DNA of 57,294 bases from a virus (IMGVR_UViG_3300025875_000027:1-57294); one strand, 5' to 3'; positions 8,404 through 17,901 are shown, counted from the first letter of the stretch. Notes: a model not told the origin generated them from the sequence alone. Program-made: numbers and translations.

Positions 8404-8709
8404 GTCGTCACCACCGAGCATGTCGACCTCCGCGAGACGAAGGTCGAGCTGGGCGACTGGCCCATCGTCGTCGCGGTCAACCACGTCCAGCACGAGCTCA
8501 TCTGCCGGGCGCTCGGCCTGTCGCCGCACCGCACGACCAGCGGCTCTGCGGCCCGTCGAGTCGAGGGCACCCGCCCCACCTCGATCATCTACGGGCCGAA
8601 CTGGCGCATGCTTCCCGACTCGGAGGACATCGCCGCCACACTGGAGCGCACCTCGATCAAGCTGCCCAAGCCCCCGCTCGTCGTGCATCTGCGCCAGGGT
8701 GAGTTCTGA
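8395..8709 (+). CDS. hypothetical protein
   Basis: TGATG coupling; SD; codon bias. Confidence 0.7.
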   Translation: MATVVTTEHVDLRETKVELGDWPIVVAVNHVQHELICRALGLSPHRTTSGSAARRVEGTRPTSIIYGPNWRMLPDSEDIAATLERTSIKLPKPPLVVHLRQGEF

Positions 8710-9092
8710 TGTCCATCGAGTTCGGAGTCGGCCTCGACGCCAAGCGCTCCCCGCACCTCATCAGCTTCTCGCCGGCGCGCGATGGGTGGTTCACCTGCTG
8801 TGGCGACCGTCCGGCCACCGAGACGGCCATGGGCACCGCCATCCCCTGCGAGCAGTGCCTGCAGATCGCGCAGGACATCCAGCAGGGCACCGACATGATC
8901 GACCAGGACCGCCCCGGCTGGCTGCAGACCTGGAGCGACGACGACATCGTCATCGTGCCCCTCGACGACCACATCATCCACGAGGTGCACGGCGGCGCCT
9001 CATGCCCCTGTGGCCCCACGCCGGAGACCCTGTCCGAGGTCACCACGATGTGGGCCCACCACTCTCTCGACGGCCGAGAAGCCCGTGAGTGA
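8709..9092 (+). CDS. Cys/His-rich hypothetical protein
   Basis: CPCGP..HHSLDGRE motif; coupled start. Confidence 0.7.
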   Translation: MSIEFGVGLDAKRSPHLISFSPARDGWFTCCGDRPATETAMGTAIPCEQCLQIAQDIQQGTDMIDQDRPGWLQTWSDDDIVIVPLDDHIIHEVHGGASCPCGPTPETLSEVTTMWAHHSLDGREARE

Positions 9093-9225
9093 GCCGGTCG
9101 ACTCTCGCGGCGGTCAGCACAGTATCGGGAACCTCGTCGCCGCGTGTGTAAGCTGTAACTCCTCGAAGCGCGACAGCTTCGTGATGGAGTGGCGCCGCCG
9201 GCGCCCCGTTGGGCGAGGGAGGTGA
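9089..9225 (+). pseudogene. truncated HNH endonuclease (C-terminal half only)
   Basis: SRGGQHSIGNLVAACVSCNSSK present; the N-terminal CxxC and DH motif are missing. Confidence 0.7.
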
Positions 9226-9227
9226 TC

Positions 9228-11177
9228 ATGGCTACCCCCCTTCAGACCTCAGGACTTCCTGCATTCCACGTTCAGGCCCAGCACTATGGGCCGACCTGGG
9301 AGGAGAACCCCGACTGGGACGGCATCGACCAGTTCGAGCGCTACCTCCTCCCCGAGTGGACTCTCGGCTACCAGGCCATCGACTGGGCCTACGAGAACTT
9401 GCTGTCTCCCGACTCCACCGAGCATGACCCGAAGCCGTACCGGCCCACGCCGGAGCAGTATCGGTTCATCCTCTGGTGGTACGCAGTCGACGAGAACGGC
9501 GCCTTCAGCTACCGCACCGGAATCCTGCAGCGTCTGAAGGGGTGGTAGCTGCGCACATGAGGCAAGGACCCGATCATCTCGGTCATCGCTGCGATCGAGT
9601 TCCTGGGGCCGTGTCGCTTCGCCGGCTGGACGCCGGTCGACCGCCCCGAGTTCGGCTTCCGTCCGAACGGTGAGCCCGCGGTGCGCGCCGGCGACCCAGT
9701 GGCCAAGGACAACCCGGTCGCCTGGATCCAGATCGCCGCGGTGTCCCGCACTCAGACCAAGAACACGATGCTGCTCTTCCCGCAGCTCCTGTCCCCGCAG
9801 CTGCGCAAGAAGTCGGGCATCACGAAGGCCACGATGCACACCAGCATCATCACGGCCTACAACAACACCCGGCGCATCGAGGCCGTCACCTCGAACCCCC
9901 GCACCCTCGAAGGTGGCCGCCCGACCCTGACCATCGGCAACGAGCCGCACCAGTGGGTCTCGGCCAACAAGGGCCACGACATGGCCGACGTGATCGACCG
10001 CAACGCTGTGAAGTCGAAGAACGGCGAGTCGCGCGTCCTGTGGATCACGAACGCCTACGAGCCCAGCGAGGACTCCGTTGGCCAGCGGCTGCGCGAGGCG
10101 TGGGAGGCCCAGGAGGCGGGTCTGGCGTTCAAGACGGGTACGCTCTACGACTCCCTCGAAGCCCCCCGCGGCATCGGCCTGCGCCCGCCTCAGAAGGACG
10201 GCGAACCCGACCCCGACGAGCGCACCGTCCGCGCCTGGCTGCGCGCGGTGCTGCTGGCCGTCCGCGGCGACAGCTTCTGGCTGAACATCAAGTCGATCAC
10301 CGACGCCATCCTGAACCCGAAGAACGCGCCCTCGACCTCGCGGCGCTTCTACCTGAATCAGGTCGTTGCCGACGAGGACGCCAGCTTCGACCCCGGCGCC
10401 ATCCTCGCGGCGGCCGACCCGATCGCCCGCTCGGAGCGCGAGCTGGCCAGCCGTGACGGCCGGGACATCACCCGCGCCGGGTGGATCGTCGCCCCCGACG
10501 AGCCGATCGTCGCCTTCTTCGACGGCTCGAAGTCCGACGACTCCACCGCCCTCGTGGCCTGCCGCATCTCCGACGGCTACTGCTTCACCATCGGCACCTG
10601 GAACCGCCCCCTGCAGAAGGAGCGGGCCAAAGGCTGGCTCGCGCCGCGGCAGGACGTCGACGATCGCGTGAAGGAGATGTTCCGCCGCTTCCGCGTGGTG
10701 GCCTTCTTCGCCGACCCCTCGCACACGAAGGACGACTCGGGCCTGCGCTACTGGGACAGCCTGATCGACGACTGGCACCGCCTCTACGGTGAGCAGCTCC
10801 TGCTGTGGTCGATCAAGAGCGGCGCGAACACCCACTCGATCCTCTGGGACATGACCAGCATCGAGCGTCAGCGCCAGTTCGTGGCCGGCGTCGAGCGCAC
10901 CACCACCGAGCTGGAGCACAAGGACGCCTTCGGGGACTGGCAGCCCGAGTTCCGCCACGACGGCGACCCGATCCTGATGACCCACATGAAGAACTCCCGG
11001 CGCGCGCCCAACGACCTCGGGGTGTCCATGCGCAAGGAGAACCGCGAGTCCCTGAAGAAGATCGACGCCGCGGTCTGTCTCGTGGGGGCGCGGATGCTTC
11101 GGCGAGCCGTACTCAATGCCGGGATCGAGGAGCAACCCGAGGAGCACCCGTCGGTCGGGTACGCTTACGCCGTCTGA
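9228..11177 (+). CDS. terL: terminase large subunit, interrupted by a 15-nt in-frame insert (9546-9560) containing TAG and TGA
   Basis: TPEQYRFILWWYAVD, Walker A RLKGW|GKDP, VSRTQTKNT, EGGRPT..NE, ITNAY, RRFYLNQ, FDGSKSDDSTAL, KIDAAV; both halves are in the same frame. Confidence 0.92.
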
Positions 11178-11184
11178 GGAGGCG

Positions 11185-12783
11185 ATGGTGGCATTCACCC
11201 CGGTGCTGATGCAGCACCCGAAGAACCCGGAGCTCCAGGAGACGGCCAGCACGCCCGCTGAGCTGGCCCAACTGGAGTGGGACGGGTGGCGCAAGGTCGG
11301 CACTCCTCCCGTGTCTCAGACCTCTCTCCAGAAGCTCCTGAGCTACTTCACGACCGAGGGCAAGGTCAAGGAGGTGGCTCTGCCGGCCCGCCTGTCCCAG
11401 ACGGAACTGAGGGCGGCCTCTGGGACAGTCGCCCGGCAGGCGGCCGTCTCCGCTGCCGGCACGGCACTGGGCAACACGCTGGTGAAGATCGGGGTGGTCC
11501 TGGACAAGGGCGCCCCGGGCGACTTCGACAGCGAGGCCGTTGAGTCGCTGTCGCCCTTCCATGACCCGGAGTCCGGCCGGATCGGTGGCGTCTACACCGG
11601 CTACGGGCTGAACGCCGACGGGAAGATGGTCGCCAGCATCGGCCTGGCCTACAGCGACGACGGGATCAGCTGGGAGAAGGCTGGCCAGCTCATCGGTGGA
11701 TCCGGCATCGACGGCTCACCCGACAAAGCCGGCTGCACCGGGCCGCTGATCATCTGGCACGGCGGTATCTACTACCTGTTCCGCATCGGGCTGACCGAGG
11801 TCGGCTACGAGGCCGGTCTAAAGCAGGTGGTCGTCTCCTCCACGCCGTCGCTGGCGAACCCCGCCTGGACTCACCACGGGGTGGCGCTCGCCCCGAACCC
11901 GGCGGTGTCGTGGCGATCCGACGCGGTCTGGCACGCCAACATCGTCGAGTGGAAGGGCCGGCCGTACTGCTTCATCAACGCCACCAGCTCCGACGGCAAG
12001 GAGCGGATCGGCTACGCCGTCTCCACGTGGGAGCAGTTCCCCCTCGGCTGGGTCTTCGACGACGTCAACAGTCCGCTGCTGGAGGGCGGCGAGTACGACT
12101 TCATCGCAGGTGACCCTCACGTCCGCAAGACCCCGGACGGTTGGCGCATGGACTACTTCACCGCCTGGGCGGAGGGTGCCTACGACTGGTACACCACCAC
12201 CACGGAAGAGGCGTTCCCGCTCGGCTGGAAGCCCCACGACGGAAACGACACCCGGCGCATGACCATTGCCCCTGGACCGCCTGGCTCGTACGACAGCTTC
12301 TACGCGCACAAGCCGATCATCTTCCACCAGGCTGGGCGGCTGCTGCACTACTACACCGCGGTGATGGCGGGCGGCACTAACCGCCGGGTCGCCCTGGCCA
12401 TCGACCCCGCGGCCTACGGCTACGCGACCAACCCGATTCCCGAGGTCGCCGCAGCGCGCACGACCACCGGCACGATGGCCACGATGGCCACCTCCACGAT
12501 CATGTTCCCTTCTGCCGGGCGAAGGGGGCTGGAGATGCGCCTCGCCATCCGGGGCAATCCCGGAGCGACGGCGACGATGAGCGTCCGCGTGCTCGACCGC
12601 CCCGACTCGGCAGTCACTCTCGTCGGGAACGGCGATCCCAACAACTGGCAGAACGCCGCTGGCCCCTGGGTGCCCGTCCCCGACGGGGACATCTTCTTCG
12701 CCTACCTGCAATGGACGAGTAGCGACGGCACCCCCGTCACCTTCGGCAACGGTTCCGTCGAGTTCCGCTGGGTCGACATCTGA
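11185..12783 (+). CDS. virion-associated protein with a glycoside-hydrolase-like beta-propeller and a C-terminal beta domain
   Basis: Repeated IGLAYSDDGISWEK / IGYAVS blades, GDPHV, HKPII (GH32/43/130-like). Confidence 0.65.
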   Translation: MVAFTPVLMQHPKNPELQETASTPAELAQLEWDGWRKVGTPPVSQTSLQKLLSYFTTEGKVKEVALPARLSQTELRAASGTVARQAAVSAAGTALGNTLVKIGVVLDKGAPGDFDSEAVESLSPFHDPESGRIGGVYTGYGLNADGKMVASIGLAYSDDGISWEKAGQLIGGSGIDGSPDKAGCTGPLIIWHGGIYYLFRIGLTEVGYEAGLKQVVVSSTPSLANPAWTHHGVALAPNPAVSWRSDAVWHANIVEWKGRPYCFINATSSDGKERIGYAVSTWEQFPLGWVFDDVNSPLLEGGEYDFIAGDPHVRKTPDGWRMDYFTAWAEGAYDWYTTTTEEAFPLGWKPHDGNDTRRMTIAPGPPGSYDSFYAHKPIIFHQAGRLLHYYTAVMAGGTNRRVALAIDPAAYGYATNPIPEVAAARTTTGTMATMATSTIMFPSAGRRGLEMRLAIRGNPGATATMSVRVLDRPDSAVTLVGNGDPNNWQNAAGPWVPVPDGDIFFAYLQWTSSDGTPVTFGNGSVEFRWVDI

Positions 12784-12855
12784 CCCAGAGGGGGCGCTTC
12801 GTTCCGCTGAGGTAGCATCGGTTCGACCCGTCGGTAGAGCAGGAGGAGCGCCCTC

Positions 12856-14268
12856 GTGGTGATGAGCAAGGGCGCCGTCCTGGATCTGGCCCACACGTAC
12901 TTCCCGTCGGCCCGCGCGAGCTACTCGCAGGCCCGGTACCTTGACTACTGGGGCAAGGGGCAGCAGTCCACGCACTCCTCCGGCGCACTCTTCGTGCCCA
13001 ACCGTGGACAGACCCCGACCGAGGAGTACAGCGACCTCGCCGAGCGCTCCTACACCCCCTGGCTGCCCCTGGTCATCACCGCGCTGGTGCAGACCATGTT
13101 CGTCTCGAACATCAAGATCCCCGGCCTGGCACCGGATGCCGTCGCCGCGGTGCAGAAGGTCTGGAACCGCAACGAACTCGGCGGCAAGCAGGTCAGCCTG
13201 TACCGCGACACCTTCAGCCACGGCACCGGCTTCGGCGTCTCCCTTCCCGGCCGCGATCCGCTGACCGGCGCACCGATGCCCGTCATCCGCTTCGTCTCCG
13301 CTCGCCGCATGGCCGCCTTCTGGGCTGACACCACCGACTACCCGATGTTCACCATCGAGGCCGACCGCTACGTCGATCAGCGCAACAGCGGCTGGAGCGT
13401 CCAGATCATGGACGAGAACGCCACCCACTTCATCATGTGCAAGGGCGACGGCGAGGCCCGCAGCGACTGGTTCTACAAGGACTACGTCGAGCACGGCACC
13501 GGTGTCACGCCGGCTGCGATGTACGTGAACATGATCGACCTCGACGGACAGGCGAGCTCGGAGATCGAGCCTCTCATCCCGATCGCCAAGCGCATCGACC
13601 AGACCGAGTTCGATCGGCTTGTGGTTCAGCGGTTCGGCGCCTGGAAGGTTCGCTACATCACCGGCCTCGTCAAGCCCTCCAACGTCACCGAAGAGGAGCA
13701 CGCTCGCACGCTGATCAAGCTGAAGATCAGCGACCTCCTCACCGTCGAGGGCAAGGATGCCCATATCGGCACGCTGGACGAGACTCAGCTGGACGGCTTC
13801 ATCAAGGCGCGCGAGGCCGACATCCGCGACCTGTCCGCGGTGTCCCAGACGCCACCGCACCACATGCTGGGCCTGGCGAGCAACATGCAGCCGGAGTCCC
13901 TGGCCGCGGTCAACGCCAACCTCGTCAACAAGAGCTTCGAGCGCAAGACGGGCGCCGAGATGGCCCACCGTCGGCTCCTCCGCGTCGCCGCCATGCAGAT
14001 GGGCGAGCGCCGCGAGGCCGAGGCGTACGACATGCAGTTCACCTGGCGCGACACCGAGACCCGTTCGCTCGCGCAGGCGGCCGACGCTCTCGGCAAGCTG
14101 GCCACCGGGCTCAATGTCCCCGTCGAGATGCTCTGGCGCCGCATCCCCGACTGGAGCGAGTTCGACACCCAGGAGGCCAAGAGCCTCGTCGAGAGCGGCG
14201 CCTTCGATCGCCTCCTCGACGGGCTGGCCGGGCAGGGCCTCCAGATCCGCGAGCCTGCGGCAGCCTGA
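12856..14268 (+). CDS. portal protein (SPP1 gp6-like)
   Basis: SEIEPLIPIAKRID, QRFGAWKVRY.TG, SQTPPH, WRDTETRSLAQAADALGKL; synteny. Confidence 0.9.
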   Translation: MVMSKGAVLDLAHTYFPSARASYSQARYLDYWGKGQQSTHSSGALFVPNRGQTPTEEYSDLAERSYTPWLPLVITALVQTMFVSNIKIPGLAPDAVAAVQKVWNRNELGGKQVSLYRDTFSHGTGFGVSLPGRDPLTGAPMPVIRFVSARRMAAFWADTTDYPMFTIEADRYVDQRNSGWSVQIMDENATHFIMCKGDGEARSDWFYKDYVEHGTGVTPAAMYVNMIDLDGQASSEIEPLIPIAKRIDQTEFDRLVVQRFGAWKVRYITGLVKPSNVTEEEHARTLIKLKISDLLTVEGKDAHIGTLDETQLDGFIKAREADIRDLSAVSQTPPHHMLGLASNMQPESLAAVNANLVNKSFERKTGAEMAHRRLLRVAAMQMGERREAEAYDMQFTWRDTETRSLAQAADALGKLATGLNVPVEMLWRRIPDWSEFDTQEAKSLVESGAFDRLLDGLAGQGLQIREPAAA

Positions 14269-15140
14269 TGGTCCCCGCCGCCGTCCTCACCCAGCTCGAC
14301 CTGCAGCACCGCGCCCAGCAGGCCGAGCTGGCAACCCGCGTCGCCCGCCTGATCCAGGGCTACTGGCTGGTCGTCGAGCCCGAGAACCTGTCCGGCCCGA
14401 CCGGGGCCGAGTGGCTGACCCGCAGCGTCAGCGCCGTCCAGAACGGCCGGCGCAGCTCCATCCTGCTCGCGCGGGCCTACGCCGAGATGACCCACCAGCT
14501 CCAGGTGCCCCGCTCGCCCCGCCTGGAGCTCCCAGACGTCCCCGACGCCCCCGAGGCCAAGCTGTACCGCTCGCTGGCCTACACGGGCCTGGGGAACGCC
14601 GCTGTGGCGCTGAAGAAGAGCCCCACGCCGCAGGAGCCCGAGCCTGGCGCCTCGCTGGAGGACATCGACCGCGCCGAGCGTGAGCGCGCCATGGCCGATC
14701 GTCGACAGGCGTTCGCCATGGACAACGCCATCGCCGCCGCCGCGGCGTCCGCCGTGAAGCTCGTGGTGAGCGGCGCCCGCGACCTCACCGACACCCTGGT
14801 CACCCAGAGCGTCGCCATCGGCTACGTCCGCATCACCCAGTCCGAGAAGCCCTGCGGCTTCTGCCTGGCGCTGGCCAGCCGAGGGCCGGTCTACTCCGAC
14901 GACAGCTTCGACGAGTCCGACGAGCGCTTTACGGGCCCTGGCAACCACAAGGCGCACGACGAGTGCATGTGCACGCTGCGGCCGGTCTTCGTCCGCGGCG
15001 AGGAGCACTGGCCCGACCAGGCGCGCGTCGCCGATGAGCTCTGGACCGAGGTCGGCAAGGCGGCCAACGGGCGCAGTGCGATGGAGAACTTCCGGCGCGA
15101 GGCCCGGCTGCGCGGGCTGGCCGACGCCAACCGCTGGTAG
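14268..15140 (+). CDS. MuF-like minor head / capsid maturation protein
   Basis: CGFCLALASRGPVY...HDECMC; follows the portal. Confidence 0.8.
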   Translation: MVPAAVLTQLDLQHRAQQAELATRVARLIQGYWLVVEPENLSGPTGAEWLTRSVSAVQNGRRSSILLARAYAEMTHQLQVPRSPRLELPDVPDAPEAKLYRSLAYTGLGNAAVALKKSPTPQEPEPGASLEDIDRAERERAMADRRQAFAMDNAIAAAAASAVKLVVSGARDLTDTLVTQSVAIGYVRITQSEKPCGFCLALASRGPVYSDDSFDESDERFTGPGNHKAHDECMCTLRPVFVRGEEHWPDQARVADELWTEVGKAANGRSAMENFRREARLRGLADANRW

Positions 15141-15249
15141 CGCTGGCCCAGACGACGCAGAACTCTCGGGGCCAGCTACGAGAGCGCGGCAGTACCGGCG
15201 TCCTGAGTAGGCTACCATCGGACTCACCCGATCCGACCAGGAGGCAGTC

Positions 15250-15723
15250 ATGCCGCTCACCAGTGCCGTCACGGCGCCGCCCATCGAGAACCTGCCCGAC
15301 CCGGCCGGCGGGTTCGAGTTCGACGTCGCCGCCGCCCAGCCCGACCTGTTCGTCGTCAGCCTCCCCGGCGCCGCGGCGACCGGCAACGGCGTCGGCACCT
15401 ACACGAACACCCACCGCTACCCCGTGCGCCTGCGCGAGGTCCGCGTGCACGCCGACACCGCGCCGACCACGGCGGCCGGTCTCGTCGTGGACGTCAACGT
15501 CGAGGGGACGTCGGTCTTCAACCCGACCGGCCTGCGGCCCAAGGTCGCCCAGGGCGAGAACGACGTCACCGCCGTCCCGTCCCGCGACGGCGACACGCGC
15601 CAGCTCGTCCAGCCGGGCGAGACGGTGACGGTCGACGTCGACACCGCTTCGGGCGCCGACGTCACCATCACCGTCGAGTGCGTCGAGATCGCCCCGCTCA
15701 ACCGCGAGGGCGTGCTGTACTGA
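15250..15723 (+). CDS. beta-rich hypothetical virion protein
   Basis: SD CCAGGAGG; lies within the head module. Confidence 0.7.
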   Translation: MPLTSAVTAPPIENLPDPAGGFEFDVAAAQPDLFVVSLPGAAATGNGVGTYTNTHRYPVRLREVRVHADTAPTTAAGLVVDVNVEGTSVFNPTGLRPKVAQGENDVTAVPSRDGDTRQLVQPGETVTVDVDTASGADVTITVECVEIAPLNREGVLY

Positions 15724-15803
15724 GCCTGACGGCTCCCTGAGTTCCCAGCGCCGAGTTGGCACGGCTCGGAAGTGCGGGAAGCCGGCGGGCATACCACGCA
15801 GGC

Positions 15804-15837
15804 GAGACCCCGTTCCCCACAGGGGGGCGGGGTTTTC
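15804..15837 (+). terminator. intrinsic terminator
   Basis: GAGACCCCGTTCCCC-ACA-GGGGGGCGGGGTTTTC. Confidence 0.7.
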
Positions 15838-15903
15838 GTCTATGCTGGGCGCTCCTGACCGCGGCGAGAGGCTGCGGTCGACAACGCCGAGAGGGCGTGC
15901 ACC

Positions 15904-16497
15904 ATGGCCAAGCTGCCGAGCACTGTCACCGACTGGACGGCTCCCTGGGAGAAGGAGGGGGCCAAGCCCTTCGACGCCGCGGAGGCCAAGCAGTGGGCGT
16001 TCAACATCTCCCAGGACCGCGAGCGCGAGGAGGACGCCCACGCGGCGACCAAGCTGCTGCTCAACACCGCCATCAGCGAGCGCGACGCGGTGACCGTCGA
16101 GCGGGACGCCCTGAAGGCGGACACGACGGTCTCCGACCTCCAGCGGGAGAACGCCCAGCTGAAGGCGGACAAGGAGCGGGCCGAGCAGGCGTCGCGCAAG
16201 ACGATGCTCGACGCCGTCAAGAGCGAGTTCGGCCTGACGGACAAGCAGGCGGCGAAGCTGGAGGGCGCTGACCTGGAGGCCCTGCGCAACGACGCCCGCG
16301 AGACCTTCCCCAACGCCAAGCCCAAGGAGGGCGAGGAGGGGGAGACCGACGAGCAGAAGGCCGCCCGCGAGGCGGCGGCCGGCGCCAGCTCCCTGTCCGG
16401 CCCGCAGGGGACCGGCGTGCGCAACGCCGGTGACCCGAACGGCCAGACCGCGACCGGCCCCAGCGCGAAGGAAGCGCTGGAGATGATCAGGGACTGA
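15904..16497 (+). CDS. head scaffolding protein
   Basis: Helical and acidic; APWE..FDA..A, FGL..A..LEG..EAL..DA; precedes the capsid gene. Confidence 0.8.
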   Translation: MAKLPSTVTDWTAPWEKEGAKPFDAAEAKQWAFNISQDREREEDAHAATKLLLNTAISERDAVTVERDALKADTTVSDLQRENAQLKADKERAEQASRKTMLDAVKSEFGLTDKQAAKLEGADLEALRNDARETFPNAKPKEGEEGETDEQKAAREAAAGASSLSGPQGTGVRNAGDPNGQTATGPSAKEALEMIRD

Positions 16498-16594
16498 CCT
16501 CGCTCGAAGTCGGGGTCGCTCGGGTTGATGTACGCTCTGACCTGAGTGGCCCCGACCCGCGGCGGCCCACGCCACAGATGGAGGGACAGACGCC

Positions 16595-17614
16595 GTGGCT
16601 GTCATCAAGGCCCAGCCCGAGGTCTTCGTCGACCAGTACCTCTTCCCGCTCGTCGAGCGGAAGCTGATCACGCCGCTGCTCGTCACGCGGGTCGCGGACG
16701 ACAAGTTCATCGGCGCGCAGAACCAGCAGGTCAACTTCAAGCTCGGCGAGCTGCGCACCCGCGCCCGCCGGCAGGAGTTCCGCACCCGGTCGCGCCCGAT
16801 CGTCATGGACGACATCGAGGGCGGGGACTCGATCCCCGTCTTCCTGAACACGCACACCTACACCTCCACGGGTCTAACCCTGGAGCACCTGACGCTGGAC
16901 AACATCAAGTTCACGCAGGAGGTGATCAACCCCCAGACCCGCGCCATCGCGGACCAGCTGGAGGAGGACGTCGCCTTCGCCTTCGCCAACATGCGGTTCA
17001 AGTACGAGCTGCCCTACGTCGAGGGCGAGACCGACCCGTACGAGCTCGGCATCGACGCCGGCGAGCTGCTCGACCGGCACGACGTGCCGGACGACGGCAA
17101 CCGCTTCTGGCTGGTCGGCTCCCGCGTCTGGGCGGCCATCGCCAAGTCGAAGCGCTTCACCACGGTCGACAAGGCCGGCGAGGGGCGCCTGGTGGCGGCC
17201 ATCAGCCGCGCGGAGGTCGGCGAGATCGCGGGCTGGCGGATCGTCAAGAGCCGCGCTGTCGCGCCGAACGCCAGCTGGTTCATGCACAAGTCGCTGCTCG
17301 TCCTGGGCAACGTCGCGCCGGTCGTCCCCGAGGGCGCCAAGATCGGCCGTCGGTACACCCAGGACAACTGGGACATGACCTGGATCCAGGACTACGACGG
17401 CAACTTCCAGCGCGACCGTTCCACGATCCAGACCTTCACCGGGCTCACCCCGATCTACGACGAGCGGGTCGGCGGCGAGGGCCGGGACCGGCACGACCTG
17501 AAGAAGTTCGACAACCCGCTCGACATGAAGAGCGTCCGCGCGGTGAAGGTCAACTTCACGCCGGCCGCGGGTCAGATCCTCGACGACCTGGCGACGGACA
17601 CCGTCGGCGCCTGA
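16595..17614 (+). CDS. major capsid protein
   Basis: 339 aa after the scaffold; VP..NRFWLVG, GEIAGWRIVKS, WIQDYD..RDRS. Confidence 0.88.
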   Translation: MAVIKAQPEVFVDQYLFPLVERKLITPLLVTRVADDKFIGAQNQQVNFKLGELRTRARRQEFRTRSRPIVMDDIEGGDSIPVFLNTHTYTSTGLTLEHLTLDNIKFTQEVINPQTRAIADQLEEDVAFAFANMRFKYELPYVEGETDPYELGIDAGELLDRHDVPDDGNRFWLVGSRVWAAIAKSKRFTTVDKAGEGRLVAAISRAEVGEIAGWRIVKSRAVAPNASWFMHKSLLVLGNVAPVVPEGAKIGRRYTQDNWDMTWIQDYDGNFQRDRSTIQTFTGLTPIYDERVGGEGRDRHDLKKFDNPLDMKSVRAVKVNFTPAAGQILDDLATDTVGA

Positions 17615-17626
17615 CCCTGATCGCCC

Positions 17627-17660
17627 TGGGCCCCGCATCTCCTCGGAGGTGCGGGGCCCC
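17627..17660. terminator. hairpin between convergent genes
   Basis: GGGCCCCGCATCTCC-TC-GGAGGTGCGGGGCCC. Confidence 0.75.
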
Positions 17661-17667
17661 TCGGCGT

Positions 17668-17895
17668 TCAGACCCGCGGCGGCCAGAACCAGGAGCCCGG
17701 CTGCGGGTTGTTCATGTCGGGCGCCGGGGGCACGTTGACCGCGACGCCGGGGGTCACGCCAGGCTCGAACAGCGTCAGGTCGACGTAGTCGTCTGCGTCG
17801 GCCGAGGTGATGATGGCCGCGATGGACTCACCCTCGGGCCCGAACGGCTGGTAGTGGACGATGCGGCCCTTGGAGGGCGGGGGGCTCGGTTTCAT
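17668..17895 (-). CDS. conserved small phage protein, reverse-oriented and probably leaderless
   Basis: PSKGRIVHY..AAIIT..VDLTLF..WFWPPRV pattern; promoter 6 nt upstream of the ATG. Confidence 0.7.
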   Translation of the reverse strand: MKPSPPPSKGRIVHYQPFGPEGESIAAIITSADADDYVDLTLFEPGVTPGVAVNVPPAPDMNNPQPGSWFWPPRV

Positions 17896-17901
17896 AGCGA
17901 G

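Noticed and set aside
9546-9560. Stop-codon reassignment or double readthrough as the explanation for the TerL break
   Set aside because: TAG and TGA end many ordinary genes here, no suppressor tRNA is visible, and five extra residues inside a P-loop would likely be inactivating.
9546-9560. Self-splicing intron or intein in TerL
   Set aside because: 15 nt is far too short for a group I/II intron, and no intein sequence is present.
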